Positions 41,411 to 52,277 are shown, counted from the stretch's first letter. The stretch: 64,000 bases of DNA from an uncultured cyanobacterium (GCA_963703315.1 OY969811.1:960001-1024000); one strand, 5' to 3'. Translations and numbers: made by a program. Notes: generated by a model from the letters alone, not told the origin.

Positions 41411-42379
41411 ATGAAACCAGAATCTATGTGTTTGATTTTTAATCCTGTCGCTGGTCAAGGCAATCCTGAACAAGACTTGGCATTAATTAAGTCAATTCTC
41501 GAACCTGCGATCGCCTTAGATGTGCAGATGACCACCCCTGATATCAGCGCTGCCGAACTTGCCAAAAAAGCAGTGGAACTTGGGGCGACTGCCCTGATTG
41601 CTTCGGGCGGTGATGGCACGCTCTCCGCCGTAGCCGATGCTTTAATTGGTAAAAATATTCCCTTGGGGATTATCTCGCGAGGAACAGCAAATGGTTTTGC
41701 CAATGCGTTAGGACTACCAACGGCGATCGCTCCTGCCTGTGAAAGCATCTTGGCAGGACATACTCGCATCGTTGATGCGGCGCTCTGTAATGGTTTGCCG
41801 ATGCTGCTACTAGCAGGTATTGGCTTTGAAGCGGAAACAGTGAAAAATGCAGGTCGAGAAGTTAAAAATTGGTTAGGCATATTAGCTTATGTCGCGGCTG
41901 GGATCGAGCAGTTGGGGAAGATGGAACAGTTTGATGCCGAAATCGAAACTGAAGATAAAATAATTACAGTTACCGCCGCTGCCTTGACGATCGCTAATGC
42001 GGCTCCACCCACATCGATTTTGGCTCAGGGTGTTGCTGGTGTGATTTTTGATGATGGACTTTTAGATTTGACGATTGTAGCGACCAAATCTAAAGCTACA
42101 GCGATCGCCGCTTCCTTTGAGTTACTAACTTCGGCTTTGAGTGGCGAAGCGGTTAATCATCCTGATATTGGCTATCTGCGTGCCAAGAGCTTTAAAGTTA
42201 AAACAAATCCTCCCCAACGTGTAGTTTTGGATGGAGAAATTATTGGTCATACTCCCATTGAAGTAAAATGCATTCCCAATGGATTAGTCATATTTGCGCC
42301 TCAAACTGAACCAACACAGCTTGAGGAAAAGCTTGAAGGTTTGCCAAATCTAACGGTTACGCTCAAAGAGAATATGTAG
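41411..42379 (+). CDS. YegS/Rv2252/BmrU family lipid (diacylglycerol) kinase
   Basis: IFNPVAG, GGDGT, RGTAN and DGE. Confidence 0.88.
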   Translation: MKPESMCLIFNPVAGQGNPEQDLALIKSILEPAIALDVQMTTPDISAAELAKKAVELGATALIASGGDGTLSAVADALIGKNIPLGIISRGTANGFANALGLPTAIAPACESILAGHTRIVDAALCNGLPMLLLAGIGFEAETVKNAGREVKNWLGILAYVAAGIEQLGKMEQFDAEIETEDKIITVTAAALTIANAAPPTSILAQGVAGVIFDDGLLDLTIVATKSKATAIAASFELLTSALSGEAVNHPDIGYLRAKSFKVKTNPPQRVVLDGEIIGHTPIEVKCIPNGLVIFAPQTEPTQLEEKLEGLPNLTVTLKENM

Positions 42380-42380
42380 G

Positions 42381-42534
42381 TAGGACTTACGCAAACTAAC
42401 CAAGAACTCAAGTTCTTGGCTTAAAGCTAAAGTCAGCTAAAGCAGACTAAAAAGGTTACTCTGATCAACCCGTTTCAACGGGTTTAAGCTTTCAGCCCGC
42501 AATTTATTGCAGGGCTACTGCTGCGTAAGTCGTA
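42381..42534. mobile_element. 154-bp MITE-like element with TAGGACTTACGCA terminal inverted repeats
   Basis: 13-bp TIRs with 1 mismatch and four internal short hairpins; overlaps the hypD 3' end. Confidence 0.65.
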
Positions 42535-43627
42535 AGGCGAGATGGCTGTGGTGATAATAGGCAGCACAAGCACCTTCAGACGAAACCATTGGTGCGCCGA
42601 GGGGACGTTCTGGGTTACAGGCTTTGCCAAAGCTAGGACATTCATGAGGTTTGCGAGTTCCTTGCAAGATTAAACCGCTAATACAGAGGTCAGATTCATG
42701 GGTATCTGGAGAACTCTCATCACAGTTAAAGCGTTTCTGAGCATCAAAACTGGCATATTTCTCTCTTAATTTCAGTCCACTTTGAGGAATTTCGGTGAGT
42801 CCGCGCCATTGTCGAGAGGTGGGTGCAAATACCTCCTGTATCATAGCGATCGCCTGTTGATTCCCCTCTCTTTTGACCGAACGCGCATATTGATTTTCTA
42901 CTTCTGCTTTGCCTGACTCTAATTGCTTAATGCATAGATAAATCCCTTGCAAAATATCTATTGGTTCAAAACCTGTAACGACGATCGGTATTTGATATTG
43001 CTGAGCGATCGCCTCATATTCGCTATATCCCATCACCGTGCATACGTGACCAGCCGCGAGAAATCCCTGCATGGTATGGTCAGGATTACTGAGAATTGCT
43101 TCCATTGCGGGTGGAACAAGGACATGGGCGCAAAGAATTGAAAAGTTATCTAAGCCTAATTGGGATGCTTGGGCGATCGCGAGGGCAGTAGTCGGCGCAG
43201 TGGTTTCAAAGCCAACTGCGAAAAATACGACTTGGCGATCGCGATGTTGTTGAGCTAACTTGACCGCATCCAGAGGCGAATAAACTATGCGAATGTCGGC
43301 TCCTGAAGCTTTGGCGCTTAACAGGTCATTGGTACTGCTAGGAACGCGCAACATATCCCCAAAGGAGCAGAAAATAACGTTGGGTTGGGCGGCGATTTTG
43401 ATTGCTTGATCGATTAAATGAATGGGAGTAACACAGACAGGGCAACCCGGTCCGTGAATGAGAGTGATTTCTGAAGGAATCAAACGATCAATGCCATGTT
43501 TGACAATGGAGTGGGTTTGTCCACCACAGATTTCCATTAATGTCCAAGCACGGGTCGTAATCGCGGCGATCGCCTCTGCATATTTGTTAGCCAGTTGGCG
43601 ATCACGGTATTCGTCAATATATTTCAT
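42515..43627 (-). CDS. hypD: Hydrogenase maturation protein HypD
   Basis: [21 protein letters not shown] and [12 protein letters not shown] 43627 preferred. Confidence 0.95.
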   Translation of the reverse strand: MKYIDEYRDRQLANKYAEAIAAITTRAWTLMEICGGQTHSIVKHGIDRLIPSEITLIHGPGCPVCVTPIHLIDQAIKIAAQPNVIFCSFGDMLRVPSSTNDLLSAKASGADIRIVYSPLDAVKLAQQHRDRQVVFFAVGFETTAPTTALAIAQASQLGLDNFSILCAHVLVPPAMEAILSNPDHTMQGFLAAGHVCTVMGYSEYEAIAQQYQIPIVVTGFEPIDILQGIYLCIKQLESGKAEVENQYARSVKREGNQQAIAMIQEVFAPTSRQWRGLTEIPQSGLKLREKYASFDAQKRFNCDESSPDTHESDLCISGLILQGTRKPHECPSFGKACNPERPLGAPMVSSEGACAAYYHHSHLALRLTQQ

Positions 43628-43683
43628 CGCAGTTATTCCATCATGAACTTTAGGTGGCTTGGCAACACGAAGTGTTGCCAAGC

Positions 43684-43905
43684 CTAATTGATGCGTTGCA
43701 AATCTAGTAAGGTTTGGGCTGTTTCTTCAGGGTCAACAATGGAGATGGCGACACCTGCGTGAATAATTGCATAATCACCGATCTCGGCTTCGGGAAGATA
43801 AGCAAGATTTACTTCTTTGACAACACCACTAAAACTAACTTTGCCCGATCGCATCAAGTCTTCTCCTTGAATGGAAAGAATTTTGCCAGGGACTGCTAAA
43901 CACAT
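43684..43905 (-). CDS. hypC: Hydrogenase chaperone HypC
   Basis: MCLAVP N-terminus and IHAG.AI. Confidence 0.94.
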   Translation of the reverse strand: MCLAVPGKILSIQGEDLMRSGKVSFSGVVKEVNLAYLPEAEIGDYAIIHAGVAISIVDPEETAQTLLDLQRIN

Positions 43906-43961
43906 AGATTTGACCTCTTTAATTGACTTTTAGATGATGGGCAGCACTTTGCGCCGCCATC

Positions 43962-46313
43962 CTACATTAATTCGCGTAATGCTGCCATAATCTGTCCTGC
44001 GGTAATACCTCCATCATTGGGTGGTATCTGTTGATGGGTATAGGGTTGAAAGCCTAATTGACGTAATTTAGACATTGCTCTTTCCGTTAAATATCGATTT
44101 TGGAAACAGCCACCTGTGAGGACAATTTGAGCAATACCAGCTTGTTGGGCTACAGTCACCATCATTTCCACTAAAGAGTTATGAAATTTAGTAGCAATTA
44201 TAGAAGTTGCGATTTGTTTTTGCCTATCTTCTAAGATAGATTGAATTAGGTTTGACCAGTCAATTTCGCCGTCATTCTTAACTATTGGATATAGCATTTC
44301 ACAGTCTAGTGAAGTATGGGATTGTTTCCCCGTCGAAGGCGGGAAAGCATGACATATTTGTTCTAAGACGATCGCCGCTTGACCTTCAAAGCTGGCAATT
44401 TGACAGATACCCAAGAGTGAAGCCACCGCATCAAATAGTCTACCGATACTTGAAGTTTGGGGGATATGTTTCTGATTGGTTAATAAAGTTTTCCAGATTA
44501 CTAATTCGGAACTTGTGAAGGATTGCAAAGGTGGTAAATCTAAATCCCAGAGACGATCGCCAAATATTTCCCAGAGCATACCTAAAGCCACACGACGCGG
44601 TTCTTTAGCCGCTTTGTCTCCACCTAGTAAGGGAAATTTGCGTAAATGCGCTACTCGTTCAAAACTGCGATCAGTGATTTTCAAAAATTCTCCCCCCCAG
44701 ATTGTGCCATCAGTGCCGTAGCCAGTACCATCCCAAGCAATTCCTAACACAGGTGGTTGCAGTTGATGGTCAGCCATACCAGCGAGAACATGGGCGTAAT
44801 GATGCTGCACAGGTATTAAGGGAACTTGTAAAGATTGCGATAATTGCTGGGCATATTGGCTAGAGAGATAATCGGGATGAGTATCACAGGCGATCGCTTC
44901 AGGTTGAAATTCGTAAGCTTCACTCAAATGCTGAATAATCCGTTGAAAATGCTCGAAAGCTTTCGTTGTTTCTAGATCACCAATATGTTGACTCAGAATT
45001 ATCGAATTATTGATAGAAATAGCGATCGCATTTTTGAGATGTCCTCCCAATGCCAAAATATTTTTCATTGGAGTTGATTCACAAAGTGAATCAACTCCAA
45101 TCCTAATTGGTAAAGGCGCATACCCCCTTGCCCTCCGCAAAATCACGGGGTGATCGCCGATCACCCTCACCACTGAATCATCCACAGGTTGAGCGATATC
45201 GCGATTATGCACCAGAAACAAATCAGCGATATTTCCTAAACTAGCGATCGCCTCTTGATTATCAATACAAATCGGCTCATCGGAAAGATTGCCACTTGTC
45301 GCCACAATGGGCGCTTGTAATTCTGCCATTAACAAGTGGTGAAGCGGTGTATAGGGCAGCATGACACCGATATAGGCATTATCATCAGAGATAAGGGGCT
45401 TAAGACTCTTGTTTAACTTCTGTAAAAGCACAATCGGCGCTTCAGGAGATTGTAATAACTTTGCTTCTAAAGCTGAAACTTGGCAATCTTGTTGAATGCT
45501 TTCTAAATTGGGATACATCAGCGCAAAAGGCTTGTGGGGGCGATGTTTGCGTTGGCGGAGTTGGGCGATCGCCTCTAGACTATTTGCATCTACTACCAAC
45601 TGAAAACCGCCTAAACCTTTAATTGCGAAGATTTTTCCAGTTCTAATTCCTTCAACTGTAGCTAATAGAGCCTGATTGCCTGTAGCTAAGATTTTGCTTT
45701 GAGCATCCCAAAGTTCGAGACTAGGGCCACAGAGAGAACAAGCATTTGGTTGGGCATGAAAGCGCCGAGCTAGGGGATTGTCATATTCGGCTTGGCAATC
45801 AGCACACATTTGGAACTTCTGCATCGTCGTATTGTGGCGATCGTAGGGCAGAGCTTTGATGATGCTATAGCGCGTTCCACAGTTAGTACAGTTGGTAAAT
45901 GGATAGCGATCGCGCCGATTATGAGGGTCAAAAATATCATGCAGACAATCTGCACAGGTTGCTAAATCAGGAAGAATTACCGCCGTTTTGAGATGGGATT
46001 TATTGGAAGATTCTAGATCGGATTCTACAATCTCAAAGCTTTGATAATGAACAGGTTCGCGCCATTGCCTGACGATGCTATGAATTTGCGATCGCGCAGG
46101 TTTCTCCTTTGGCAACCGTTCTAGAAATAAATCTAAGGTTTGCTGATTTCCCTCGACGGCGATCGCCACTCCTTGAGCATTATTATTCACCCAGCCCCTG
46201 AGATGTAATTCCGTTGCCAGACGATAGACAAAGGGACGAAAACCCACTCCTTGTACTGCCCCAGAAATATCTAGATGTAGACATTTGATCTGCTGGCTTG
46301 GCTCAAGTTCCAT
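43962..46313 (-). CDS. hypF: Carbamoyltransferase HypF
   Basis: VQGVGFRPF, CxxC zinc fingers, QHHYAH, DGTGYG and PPNDGG. Confidence 0.96.
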   Translation of the reverse strand: MELEPSQQIKCLHLDISGAVQGVGFRPFVYRLATELHLRGWVNNNAQGVAIAVEGNQQTLDLFLERLPKEKPARSQIHSIVRQWREPVHYQSFEIVESDLESSNKSHLKTAVILPDLATCADCLHDIFDPHNRRDRYPFTNCTNCGTRYSIIKALPYDRHNTTMQKFQMCADCQAEYDNPLARRFHAQPNACSLCGPSLELWDAQSKILATGNQALLATVEGIRTGKIFAIKGLGGFQLVVDANSLEAIAQLRQRKHRPHKPFALMYPNLESIQQDCQVSALEAKLLQSPEAPIVLLQKLNKSLKPLISDDNAYIGVMLPYTPLHHLLMAELQAPIVATSGNLSDEPICIDNQEAIASLGNIADLFLVHNRDIAQPVDDSVVRVIGDHPVILRRARGYAPLPIRIGVDSLCESTPMKNILALGGHLKNAIAISINNSIILSQHIGDLETTKAFEHFQRIIQHLSEAYEFQPEAIACDTHPDYLSSQYAQQLSQSLQVPLIPVQHHYAHVLAGMADHQLQPPVLGIAWDGTGYGTDGTIWGGEFLKITDRSFERVAHLRKFPLLGGDKAAKEPRRVALGMLWEIFGDRLWDLDLPPLQSFTSSELVIWKTLLTNQKHIPQTSSIGRLFDAVASLLGICQIASFEGQAAIVLEQICHAFPPSTGKQSHTSLDCEMLYPIVKNDGEIDWSNLIQSILEDRQKQIATSIIATKFHNSLVEMMVTVAQQAGIAQIVLTGGCFQNRYLTERAMSKLRQLGFQPYTHQQIPPNDGGITAGQIMAALRELM

Positions 46314-46317
46314 ACTC

Positions 46318-46416
46318 AGTAGTTGTCCAAAATAAATTATCCAAACCCGTAAAGTTGCGCCCCGCAGGGGCGCAACTTTACGGGTTTGGGTTTGTAATTA
46401 ATTACGTCCATCTACT
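46318..46416. mobile_element. Family A-like MITE shell with a different 23-bp central hairpin
   Basis: Ends AGTAGTTGTCC..AATAAATTA and TAATTAATTACGTCCATCTACT; hairpin 46341-46389 with GCA loop. Confidence 0.55.
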
Positions 46417-47154
46417 TTACTCGCTGACCTTTTCTGCTAAGGCTTTGCGAGCAACCTGAGTGACATAGACGGTAACAGCAACAGTGGCGAACAACCCAAT
46501 AATCCGAACTGCCCATTTAATATTGCTGTCAGTGGGTTGACCATCACTCCCAATTCTGGCGAGATCTCCTGCGAGGGAGCCAATGTAAACATACATTACC
46601 GTCCCCGGAAGCATACCGATAGAAGCTAAGGCATAGTCTTTAAGGGTGACTCCTGCTATACCAAAGGCATAGTTGAGTAAGTTAAAAGGAAATACAGGAG
46701 AGAGGCGAGTTAATAAAACGATTTTGAAGCCTTCATCGGCTACAGCCTTGTCGATCGCCGCAAACTTTTGATTGTCAGCAATTTTTTGGCTGATCCAGTC
46801 GCGTGCCAAATAGCGTCCGACCAGAAAAGCAGCGATCGCGCCTAAAGTTGCACCGATAAATACATAAATCGAACCAAGAACTACGCCAAATAGGACACCC
46901 GCCCCTAAAGTGATCACTGAACCTGGTAAAAAAGCAACAGTGGCGACGATGTAAATGACGATAAAAGCTAGACCACCTGCATAGCCCAAACTCTCAACCC
47001 ATTGCAAAGCCACACGCAATAGATCTTGCGGGTTGAAGCTTAAGGTGGGCGTTTCGGCAAAGGCAGGAGACGCTATGAATATCCAAGCGATCGCCACTAA
47101 TGTTAGGCAAATTAGGGATCTCCCTAAAATAACTGCGATTTTATTGATCAGCAT
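46417..47154 (-). CDS. TVP38/TMEM64 (DedA/SNARE-associated) membrane protein
   Basis: LPGS..TLGAG and RLSP.FPFN.LNY. Confidence 0.9.
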   Translation of the reverse strand: MLINKIAVILGRSLICLTLVAIAWIFIASPAFAETPTLSFNPQDLLRVALQWVESLGYAGGLAFIVIYIVATVAFLPGSVITLGAGVLFGVVLGSIYVFIGATLGAIAAFLVGRYLARDWISQKIADNQKFAAIDKAVADEGFKIVLLTRLSPVFPFNLLNYAFGIAGVTLKDYALASIGMLPGTVMYVYIGSLAGDLARIGSDGQPTDSNIKWAVRIIGLFATVAVTVYVTQVARKALAEKVSE

Positions 47155-47194
47155 AGTTCTTTGCCTTCTATTTGCTTTCTATTTGCTTTCTAAA

Positions 47195-48163
47195 TTAGCA
47201 ACAGCCGCCGCCGTTATAGTGCCAAGTGGAATCGGTAATTATCACTTCGTTAGGAAATTTCGTTGCCAGATTAAGGGCTGTTTTATCACAGACAGCGATC
47301 GGGTTACCTCGAATCAAACTATGACCTGCGCGATCGTCAAAAATTTCTTCCTGACCATTATAAATAGCAGTCTTGCCCGTAAAAATGCAAGCACCATCCT
47401 CAGGAATGGGAACTTTAAAAGATACGGAATCCAAGCTCTCTAATAACAAGGGAGTATCTAATTGGAATGTTTGGGTATCGAGTAAGCGATAGGGGCGACG
47501 AGCGCGAATTTCTACCTGTCCAAAACCTGCATCCACGAGATGTTGTGTATATTCTGTATAGGTCATGGCTCCAGAGAGACACATGGCTCTTAGACGTTCA
47601 TCGGCTTGTAAATGACTAGGGATGGGACGAGTAGCGATCGGATCGCTCATGATTAATCTACCCTTAGGTTTTAACACTCGATAGACTTCTTTTAAAGCCC
47701 GTTTTAAATCATCAGGTTCAAAAATATTAAATAGACAATTTTGGGCAACCACATCAACCGAAGCATCGGCAACAGGCAGGTTAAAAGCATCACCATCAAG
47801 AATTTTTACAAAATCAGGATTAAACCATTCATTTTCTTGGGCAGCTAATTCTAAATTGCGAGTGGCGGCTTCTCTCATCGCAGCGACTGGCTCGATCGCA
47901 ATTACGCCAGCAGGACGACGACAGAAGTAAGCAAATTGCAATGCCTCTAACCCACCACCGACACCAATATAAAGCACGGTTGGTGAACCAGTTAATTCGG
48001 TTGGATGAATGGTTGTACCGCAGCCATAGTTCATTTGCTGAATAATTGCAGGGATCTTGAGATTCGGAAACTGTAAAGGTGGCGTACTAATACAGCACAA
48101 ACCAACTTGAGGCGTAGTGGCAGCAGCAGCATAAAATTCGGCTGTAGTTTCGAGATAGCTCAT
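47195..48163 (-). CDS. arsM: ArsM-type arsenite methyltransferase (arsenosugar-pathway type)
   Basis: GLCC, NYGCG, GVGGG.E, QNCLFN, RAMCLSG and C-terminal GGGCC; ATG 48163 preferred. Confidence 0.8.
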   Translation of the reverse strand: MSYLETTAEFYAAAATTPQVGLCCISTPPLQFPNLKIPAIIQQMNYGCGTTIHPTELTGSPTVLYIGVGGGLEALQFAYFCRRPAGVIAIEPVAAMREAATRNLELAAQENEWFNPDFVKILDGDAFNLPVADASVDVVAQNCLFNIFEPDDLKRALKEVYRVLKPKGRLIMSDPIATRPIPSHLQADERLRAMCLSGAMTYTEYTQHLVDAGFGQVEIRARRPYRLLDTQTFQLDTPLLLESLDSVSFKVPIPEDGACIFTGKTAIYNGQEEIFDDRAGHSLIRGNPIAVCDKTALNLATKFPNEVIITDSTWHYNGGGCC

Positions 48164-48310
48164 GTTTCCTAATCGGTAGTTGTACAATGGAGACGCATTA
48201 TATCTGTCTTTGTTTTGGTTATATCACTATATAGTAGTATAGCTATGCCTAAGTACAATTAAGATATAATATACGCAAATGATTAAAGTTTTGCCTCTAA
48301 TACTATTACT

Positions 48311-48667
48311 ATGTCTCTACCTCCTGCCGCCTTAACTCAAGTTGCTGATTACTTCAAAGTGCTATCAGAACTCAGCCGATTGCAGGTCTTGTGTTCTCTC
48401 AAGGCTGGTTCCAAAAATGTCACAGAAATTATGGAAGAAACGGGATTGGGGCAAGCTAATGTATCTAAGCATTTGAAGATACTTTCACAAGCGGGAATCG
48501 TTTCGCGGACACCTCAAGGGGTAAGCGTGTATTACGAAATTGTGCAACCATTTATTTTTGATTTGTGTGAATTAGTAAGCGATCGCCTCTCCATTCGCTT
48601 GCAAGAACAATCGCAACAGTTAAAACAGTTAGAAGGCTTACGGCATTCTACAACCAGCAACAATTAG
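48311..48667 (+). CDS. ArsR/SmtB family transcriptional regulator
   Basis: FKVLS...RL.VL and Q.NVSKHLK.L; divergent from arsM. Confidence 0.88.
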   Translation: MSLPPAALTQVADYFKVLSELSRLQVLCSLKAGSKNVTEIMEETGLGQANVSKHLKILSQAGIVSRTPQGVSVYYEIVQPFIFDLCELVSDRLSIRLQEQSQQLKQLEGLRHSTTSNN

Positions 48668-48691
48668 TAAAGCAAATAGTAAAGCAAATTT

Positions 48692-49897
48692 ATGAATCAT
48701 GTACTAATTGGCATATCTGGAGGAATTGCTGCTTATAAGGTTTGTGAAGTTGTTTCCAGTTTGGCAAAGCGCGGTATTGAAGTGCGAGTCATCCTCACGC
48801 GATCAGCCTCAGAATTCGTGACTCCACTCACTTTCGCCACCCTTTCCCGTCAACCTGCCTATACTGATGCTGATTTTTGGCAACCGAGCAATGGTAGACC
48901 TTTGCATATTGAACTTGCAGAATGGGCAGATGTGATCCTATTAGCGCCAATGACCGCTAATACCTTAGCGAAGGTAGCACATGGATTTGCCGATAACTTA
49001 CTCACCAATACTTTACTGGCGGCTAATTGTCCGATTCTCTTTGCACCAGCGATGAATACGACCATGTGGCTACAGCCCACTGTCCAAGAGAACTGGCGCA
49101 AAGTTTTGACTTTCTCTAACTATAAAGCGATCGCCCCGACTGATGGTATTCTTGCCTGCGATGCTGTCGGTACTGGACGGATGGCAGAACCAGAAATAAT
49201 TTTGGAATATATTGAATCTTTTCTCTTTACTAAAGGCAAACAAGATTTAAAGGGAAAACAAGTTTTAGTTAGTGCAGGGGGAACTCGCGAATTTATCGAT
49301 CCCGTGCGCTTTATTGGCAATCCCTCAACGGGAAAACAGGGGGTAGCGATCGCTAAAGCGGCAATACATCGCGGTGCAAAGGTGGTACTGGTAAAGGCTG
49401 GAGATTTAGCAATTAATCCTGAAATGGAACTGCAAACCATTAATGTCAGATCTGCTCAGGAAATGCAGGAAGTAATGCAAATGGCTTTTCCGATAGCAGA
49501 CATGACGATCGCTGCCGCCGCCGTTGGTGATGTGCGATCGCAATTACAAAGCGATCGCAAGTTACCAAAATCGGAACTTCCCTTAAATCTAGAACTGGAA
49601 TATATTCCTGATATTATTGCCGATCTGGCAACTCGTAAGCGTGCAGATCAGATATTGGTAGGCTTTGCGGCTCAAACTGGAACCGAGTCAGAGATTGTCG
49701 CCGCCGCAAAGGATAAGTTAGTCCGCAAAGGTTTGGATGCGATCGCGGCTAATGCGGTGAATAGTTCTCAAACTGGATTTGGGACAGATACTAATCAAGC
49801 AACATTCATTAACAAACATGGAAATATTGTATCAACGCCTCTCTGCTCTAAGTTAGAGATTGCTCATCGCCTATTCGATACCTTATTATACGAGTAG
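48692..49897 (+). CDS. coaBC: Phosphopantothenoylcysteine decarboxylase/synthetase
   Basis: GGIAAYK, APAMN..M, ACD..G.GRM, DPVRFIGN.STGKQG and GFAA. Confidence 0.95.
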   Translation: MNHVLIGISGGIAAYKVCEVVSSLAKRGIEVRVILTRSASEFVTPLTFATLSRQPAYTDADFWQPSNGRPLHIELAEWADVILLAPMTANTLAKVAHGFADNLLTNTLLAANCPILFAPAMNTTMWLQPTVQENWRKVLTFSNYKAIAPTDGILACDAVGTGRMAEPEIILEYIESFLFTKGKQDLKGKQVLVSAGGTREFIDPVRFIGNPSTGKQGVAIAKAAIHRGAKVVLVKAGDLAINPEMELQTINVRSAQEMQEVMQMAFPIADMTIAAAAVGDVRSQLQSDRKLPKSELPLNLELEYIPDIIADLATRKRADQILVGFAAQTGTESEIVAAAKDKLVRKGLDAIAANAVNSSQTGFGTDTNQATFINKHGNIVSTPLCSKLEIAHRLFDTLLYE

Positions 49898-49991
49898 GCA
49901 AAGCTCTACTACTATCTGCCCTCACCCCCCAGCCCCCTCTCCCGCAAGGCTAGAAGTGAGGGTATTAGCCCAAATCAGGAATCAAAACTAT

Positions 49992-50216
49992 ATGCAAGAA
50001 GATGAAAGTAAACAACGCCTAAATCTGGAAATGGAGACCATGAGTATTAATAGACTCACTGACTTAGGCAACCTTGCTGTATCCGCAGGCTTAATTGCTG
50101 GGCATGGATTTCATGGCGGCAAGTATGAGATTTTAAGACAAGGAAAAGTGATCTTGTTACCAGTTAATGAAGCAGAAGTCTATCTAGAGCAACTCCTCCA
50201 AACTCTACAATCATGA
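49992..50216 (+). CDS. Small hypothetical protein coupled to the downstream ATPase
   Basis: ATGA overlap at 50213-50216; the ORF-track N-terminus runs through a repeat and is probably spurious. Confidence 0.5.
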   Translation: MQEDESKQRLNLEMETMSINRLTDLGNLAVSAGLIAGHGFHGGKYEILRQGKVILLPVNEAEVYLEQLLQTLQS

Positions 50217-52249
50217 CTCTATCGCCTGAGCGGTCTATCAATAGCCCTGATTGGTTAACTATCAGTCAAACCGATCTATTTGCGGCGATCGCTAAAATTC
50301 GCCATGCCTTAGAACAGAAGTTAGATGATCGCAAGGATGAAGTTTTAGTTGATCAAGGTATCTCTCTAGCTCAAAATCCATATCAAAATAAACAGCAAAC
50401 AAATCAATTTGATAGCCATCTCAATCAATTGTGTGCAAGCTTGAGTCTTTCTAATTTTGAAAGAGGGGTTTTACTGTTATGTGCAGGAATGGAGTTTGAC
50501 CCGAGTTGGGGATTGCTTTGTGCGGAGGTGGCGAATGACTCCAAACAGAACTATCCCACTTTTAGTCTAGCGATGACAGTACTAGAGCATTCTGATTGGA
50601 CAGCATTATCCCCCGCTTCTCCCCTGCGTCGATGGAATTTAGTGGAAATTGGTGCAGGGAATGCACTGACTTCTAGTCCCTTAAGGATTAACGAGAGAAT
50701 CCTGCATTATCTCATGGGCGATCAACATCTTGATGAACGTCTGCTCAATCTTTTGGAACCGATAGATGCGAAATCAGTACAGATTGCATCCCATCATGAA
50801 ATCACAAATCAGGCGATCGCCACTTGGGTAAATAGTGCAGAGTCCCAAATCGAAAGCTTACCGATCCTGCAACTATGTGGTGAAGATATCTCTAGCAAAA
50901 TGGCGATCGCATCGGCTATTTGTGTTGATGTAGGCTTAACACTATATAAAGTCCCTGCCAATCTGCTTCCCCATGATTTAACTAATCTTCAGTTAATTGC
51001 TCAGCTATGCGATCGCGAATATATGCTCAATGATATTGCGCTATTACTGGACTGCGATCGTGATGAAGCCCCAAATCAACAGCAGGATATGGCGATCAGT
51101 CATCTGAGTGAGATTCTCAAATGTCCGATGATAATTAGTAGTCAAACTCGCCGCCGTCAACACCAACGCACCATCATTACCTTTGATGTGCGATCGCCTT
51201 CTGTAAATGAACAACAGATATTATGGCAAGAAGCTTTAAAGGATCTGGATAGCGACATTCAAGCTTCGCTCAATGGCTCCATTAATGAACTTGTCTCTTA
51301 TTTCAATCTCTCACCCACCCATATCTATAACGCCTCCCTCAAAGCCAAAAGCTCACACCAAAAATCTGACTCGTCCTTGCCAAACCATAGCTTCCATCAA
51401 TCCCTCTGGAATGCCTGTCGCGCTCAGTCCCGTCCTCGTCTTGATGAGCTTGCCCAAAGCGTCGAAACCACCGCAACTTGGGAAGATTTGATTTTGCCGT
51501 CTAAGGAAAAATTTGTCCTCCATGACATTGCCGCCCATGTCCGTCAACGCTTAACTGTCTATGAGAAATGGGGATTTGCAGGTAGGAGTAGGCGTGGCTT
51601 AGGCATTAGCGCTCTGTTTGCAGGCACAAGTGGCACTGGGAAGACAATGGCAGCAGAAGTATTAGGTAATGAGTTACAGCTTGATGTCTACCGCATTGAT
51701 CTTAGTTCTGTAATTGATAAATATATTGGTGAAACCGAAAAGAATCTCAAACGTATTTTTGATGCGGCGGAAGGTGGTGGTGTGATTCTGCTATTTGATG
51801 AAGCTGATGCTCTATTTGGAAAGCGCACTGAAGTTAAGGATAGTCACGATCGCCATGCTAATGTCGGTGTGAGTTACTTGTTACAAAGAATGGAAGCCTA
51901 TCGAGGTTTAGCCGTATTAACGACAAATCTCAAAAATTCTCTCGATCAAGCCTTCTTACGGCGCTTACGGTTTGTAATTCAGTTTCCCTTTCCTGATGCT
52001 GAGCAACGCGCCGAAATTTGGCGTAGGGCTTTTCCTAAGCAAACACCAACATTGGATCTAGACTATCTAAAACTTGGTAAGCTCAGTGTTGCTGGTGGAA
52101 ATATTAAGAATATTGCCCTAAATTCTGCTTTTATTGCGGCGGATCACAATGAACCTGTGCAGATGAAGCATATTTTGCAAGCTGCCAAGATTGAATATAC
52201 TAAGCTCGAAAAACCGATGATGGATACAGAAATCAAAGGATGGGTTTAG
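50213..52249 (+). CDS. AAA+ ATPase resembling contractile-injection-system-associated (Afp15/Pvc15-like) ATPases
   Basis: N-terminal PTF.LA...W.AL.P.SPLRRW.L segment; GTSGTGKT, KYIGETEKNL, FDEADALFGKR.EVKDSHDR.AN and YLLQRME. Confidence 0.75.
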   Translation: MTLSPERSINSPDWLTISQTDLFAAIAKIRHALEQKLDDRKDEVLVDQGISLAQNPYQNKQQTNQFDSHLNQLCASLSLSNFERGVLLLCAGMEFDPSWGLLCAEVANDSKQNYPTFSLAMTVLEHSDWTALSPASPLRRWNLVEIGAGNALTSSPLRINERILHYLMGDQHLDERLLNLLEPIDAKSVQIASHHEITNQAIATWVNSAESQIESLPILQLCGEDISSKMAIASAICVDVGLTLYKVPANLLPHDLTNLQLIAQLCDREYMLNDIALLLDCDRDEAPNQQQDMAISHLSEILKCPMIISSQTRRRQHQRTIITFDVRSPSVNEQQILWQEALKDLDSDIQASLNGSINELVSYFNLSPTHIYNASLKAKSSHQKSDSSLPNHSFHQSLWNACRAQSRPRLDELAQSVETTATWEDLILPSKEKFVLHDIAAHVRQRLTVYEKWGFAGRSRRGLGISALFAGTSGTGKTMAAEVLGNELQLDVYRIDLSSVIDKYIGETEKNLKRIFDAAEGGGVILLFDEADALFGKRTEVKDSHDRHANVGVSYLLQRMEAYRGLAVLTTNLKNSLDQAFLRRLRFVIQFPFPDAEQRAEIWRRAFPKQTPTLDLDYLKLGKLSVAGGNIKNIALNSAFIAADHNEPVQMKHILQAAKIEYTKLEKPMMDTEIKGWV

Positions 52250-52277
52250 AACTTCTCGCGCTACGTGCGATAAGTTT

